Assembly: GCA_026770705.1 (NCBI GenBank) | Contig: JANJGN010000017.1 | Coordinates: 43,090,001-43,154,000, forward strand | DNA from: Isurus oxyrinchus | Taxonomy: Eukaryota | DNA length: 64,000 nt | Reading direction: 5' to 3' | Shown here: positions 62,972-64,000 of the stretch, one piece after another | Layout of the letters: every line of letters starts with the position of its first letter | Position numbering within the stretch: the stretch's first letter is position 1 | Program-made: the position numbers and the translations under genes | The notes under the pieces: generated by a model | What the model saw: only the letters and a program-made list of their open reading frames with translations | Database searches by the model: none | Told to the model about the DNA's origin: nothing

Positions 62972-64000
62972 ATGACTTTGGCAGTTGCTAAGACTTGTCT
63001 GGGAGCTGAAGTTATAACTTTGGCTGGTTTACAAAAGGTAAATAAAGTTAAGTTAATGGAGTTGGCAGATAAGTTACAATTGGGATTATGTGCAGGAGCA
63101 AAGAAAGCATACATAATTGAAGGTATAGCACAGCATTTAAAGTTGGGAGTGATACCTGACACTAGTGAGTCACAGCTGGAGGTAGTGAGACTTCAGGTAC
63201 AAATGAAGTTTGAACTTGAATAAGCGAAGGAACTTAAAAAACTTGAAATAGAGGCAGCAGAAAAAGAGAAGGAAAGAGCAGAAAAAGAAAAAGAAAGTGC
63301 ATTTCAAAGGGAACAAGCAGAAAGATAGGAGCGAGAAAGAAAACAGGAAAGGGAATTAGAAATGGCAAGATTAGAAAAGGAGGAAAGAGAAAAAAAGAGG
63401 GAGAGAGAATTCCAGCTTAAAATGCTGGTAGTTTAAAAAGAGAAGTAGGTGAGGGAGGACTTATTTCCAGATCAGAACCCATTGGGGAGATGTTTAAATT
63501 TGTACAAGCTCTTCCAAAGTTTGAGGAAAGAGATGTTGAAGTATTCTTTATTTCATTTGAGAAGGTTGCTAAACCGATGAAATGGCCACAGGAAAACTGA
63601 ACATTGTTGTTACAATCCAGGTAGGTGGGTAGAGCACATGAGGTTTATGCTTCATTGTCAGAAGAAATGTAGGTTAACTATAATGTGTAAAAAAAGGCTA
63701 TTTTGATTGCGTATGAATTGGTTCCTGAGGCATACAGGCAGAAATTTAGGAATATGAGAAAACAGCTTGGGCAAACTTTTTTGAATTTGAAAGAATAAAA
63801 CAAAGTAATTTTGACCGGTGGACATGGGCATTAAAGATAGAGACAACATATGCAGTTCTTAAGAAGTTTTTTTTTGGAAGAATTTAAAGATTCAAATCCT
63901 TCATGTGGAGGAACAGAGGGTTGAAATGGTAAGACAAGCAGCAGAGTTAGCTGATGATTATTAGTTCATAGAGCTAAACCATTGTCTCATCACCCTTTTA
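62972..64000 (+). pseudogene. Gypsy (Gmr1-like) gag with coiled-coil and SCAN-like capsid region, disrupted; continues beyond the window
   Basis: An E/R/K-rich coil followed by LPKFEERDVEVFFISFEKVA..WP, GRAHEVYASLS and KAILIAYELVPEAYRQKFRN; contains in-frame stops. Confidence 0.85.

Overview
Eukaryotic, almost certainly cartilaginous-fish (shark) intergenic or intronic DNA, judged by HE1 SINEs, HER1/CR1 LINE tails and shark-type Penelope-derived palindromes. Roughly 70% is decayed transposable elements (my hand estimate) and I find no intact host gene. The window holds six PIF/Harbinger elements, each with a DDE transposase and, except copy 1, a convergent spliced Myb/SANT gene inside the window. 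Three keep both TIRs and two keep perfect TSDs. It also holds eight related ~600-700 bp Harbinger MITEs, three Gypsy/LTR elements plus a solo LTR, a near full-length RTE LINE, and CR1/HER1/Tx1 fragments. The most unusual features are: (i) a head-to-tail concatemer of a tRNA-Thr-like SINE and Tx1 LINE tails that all end in the same small stem-loop with no poly(A); (ii) MITEs of different subfamilies inserted at the identical nucleotide of two LTR copies; (iii) covarying hairpin cassettes inside the MITEs; (iv) a perfect 99-bp-arm palindrome carrying a minimal hammerhead-like motif on both strands. Family names come from recalled motifs, not database searches, and boundaries without a TSD or TIR are approximate.
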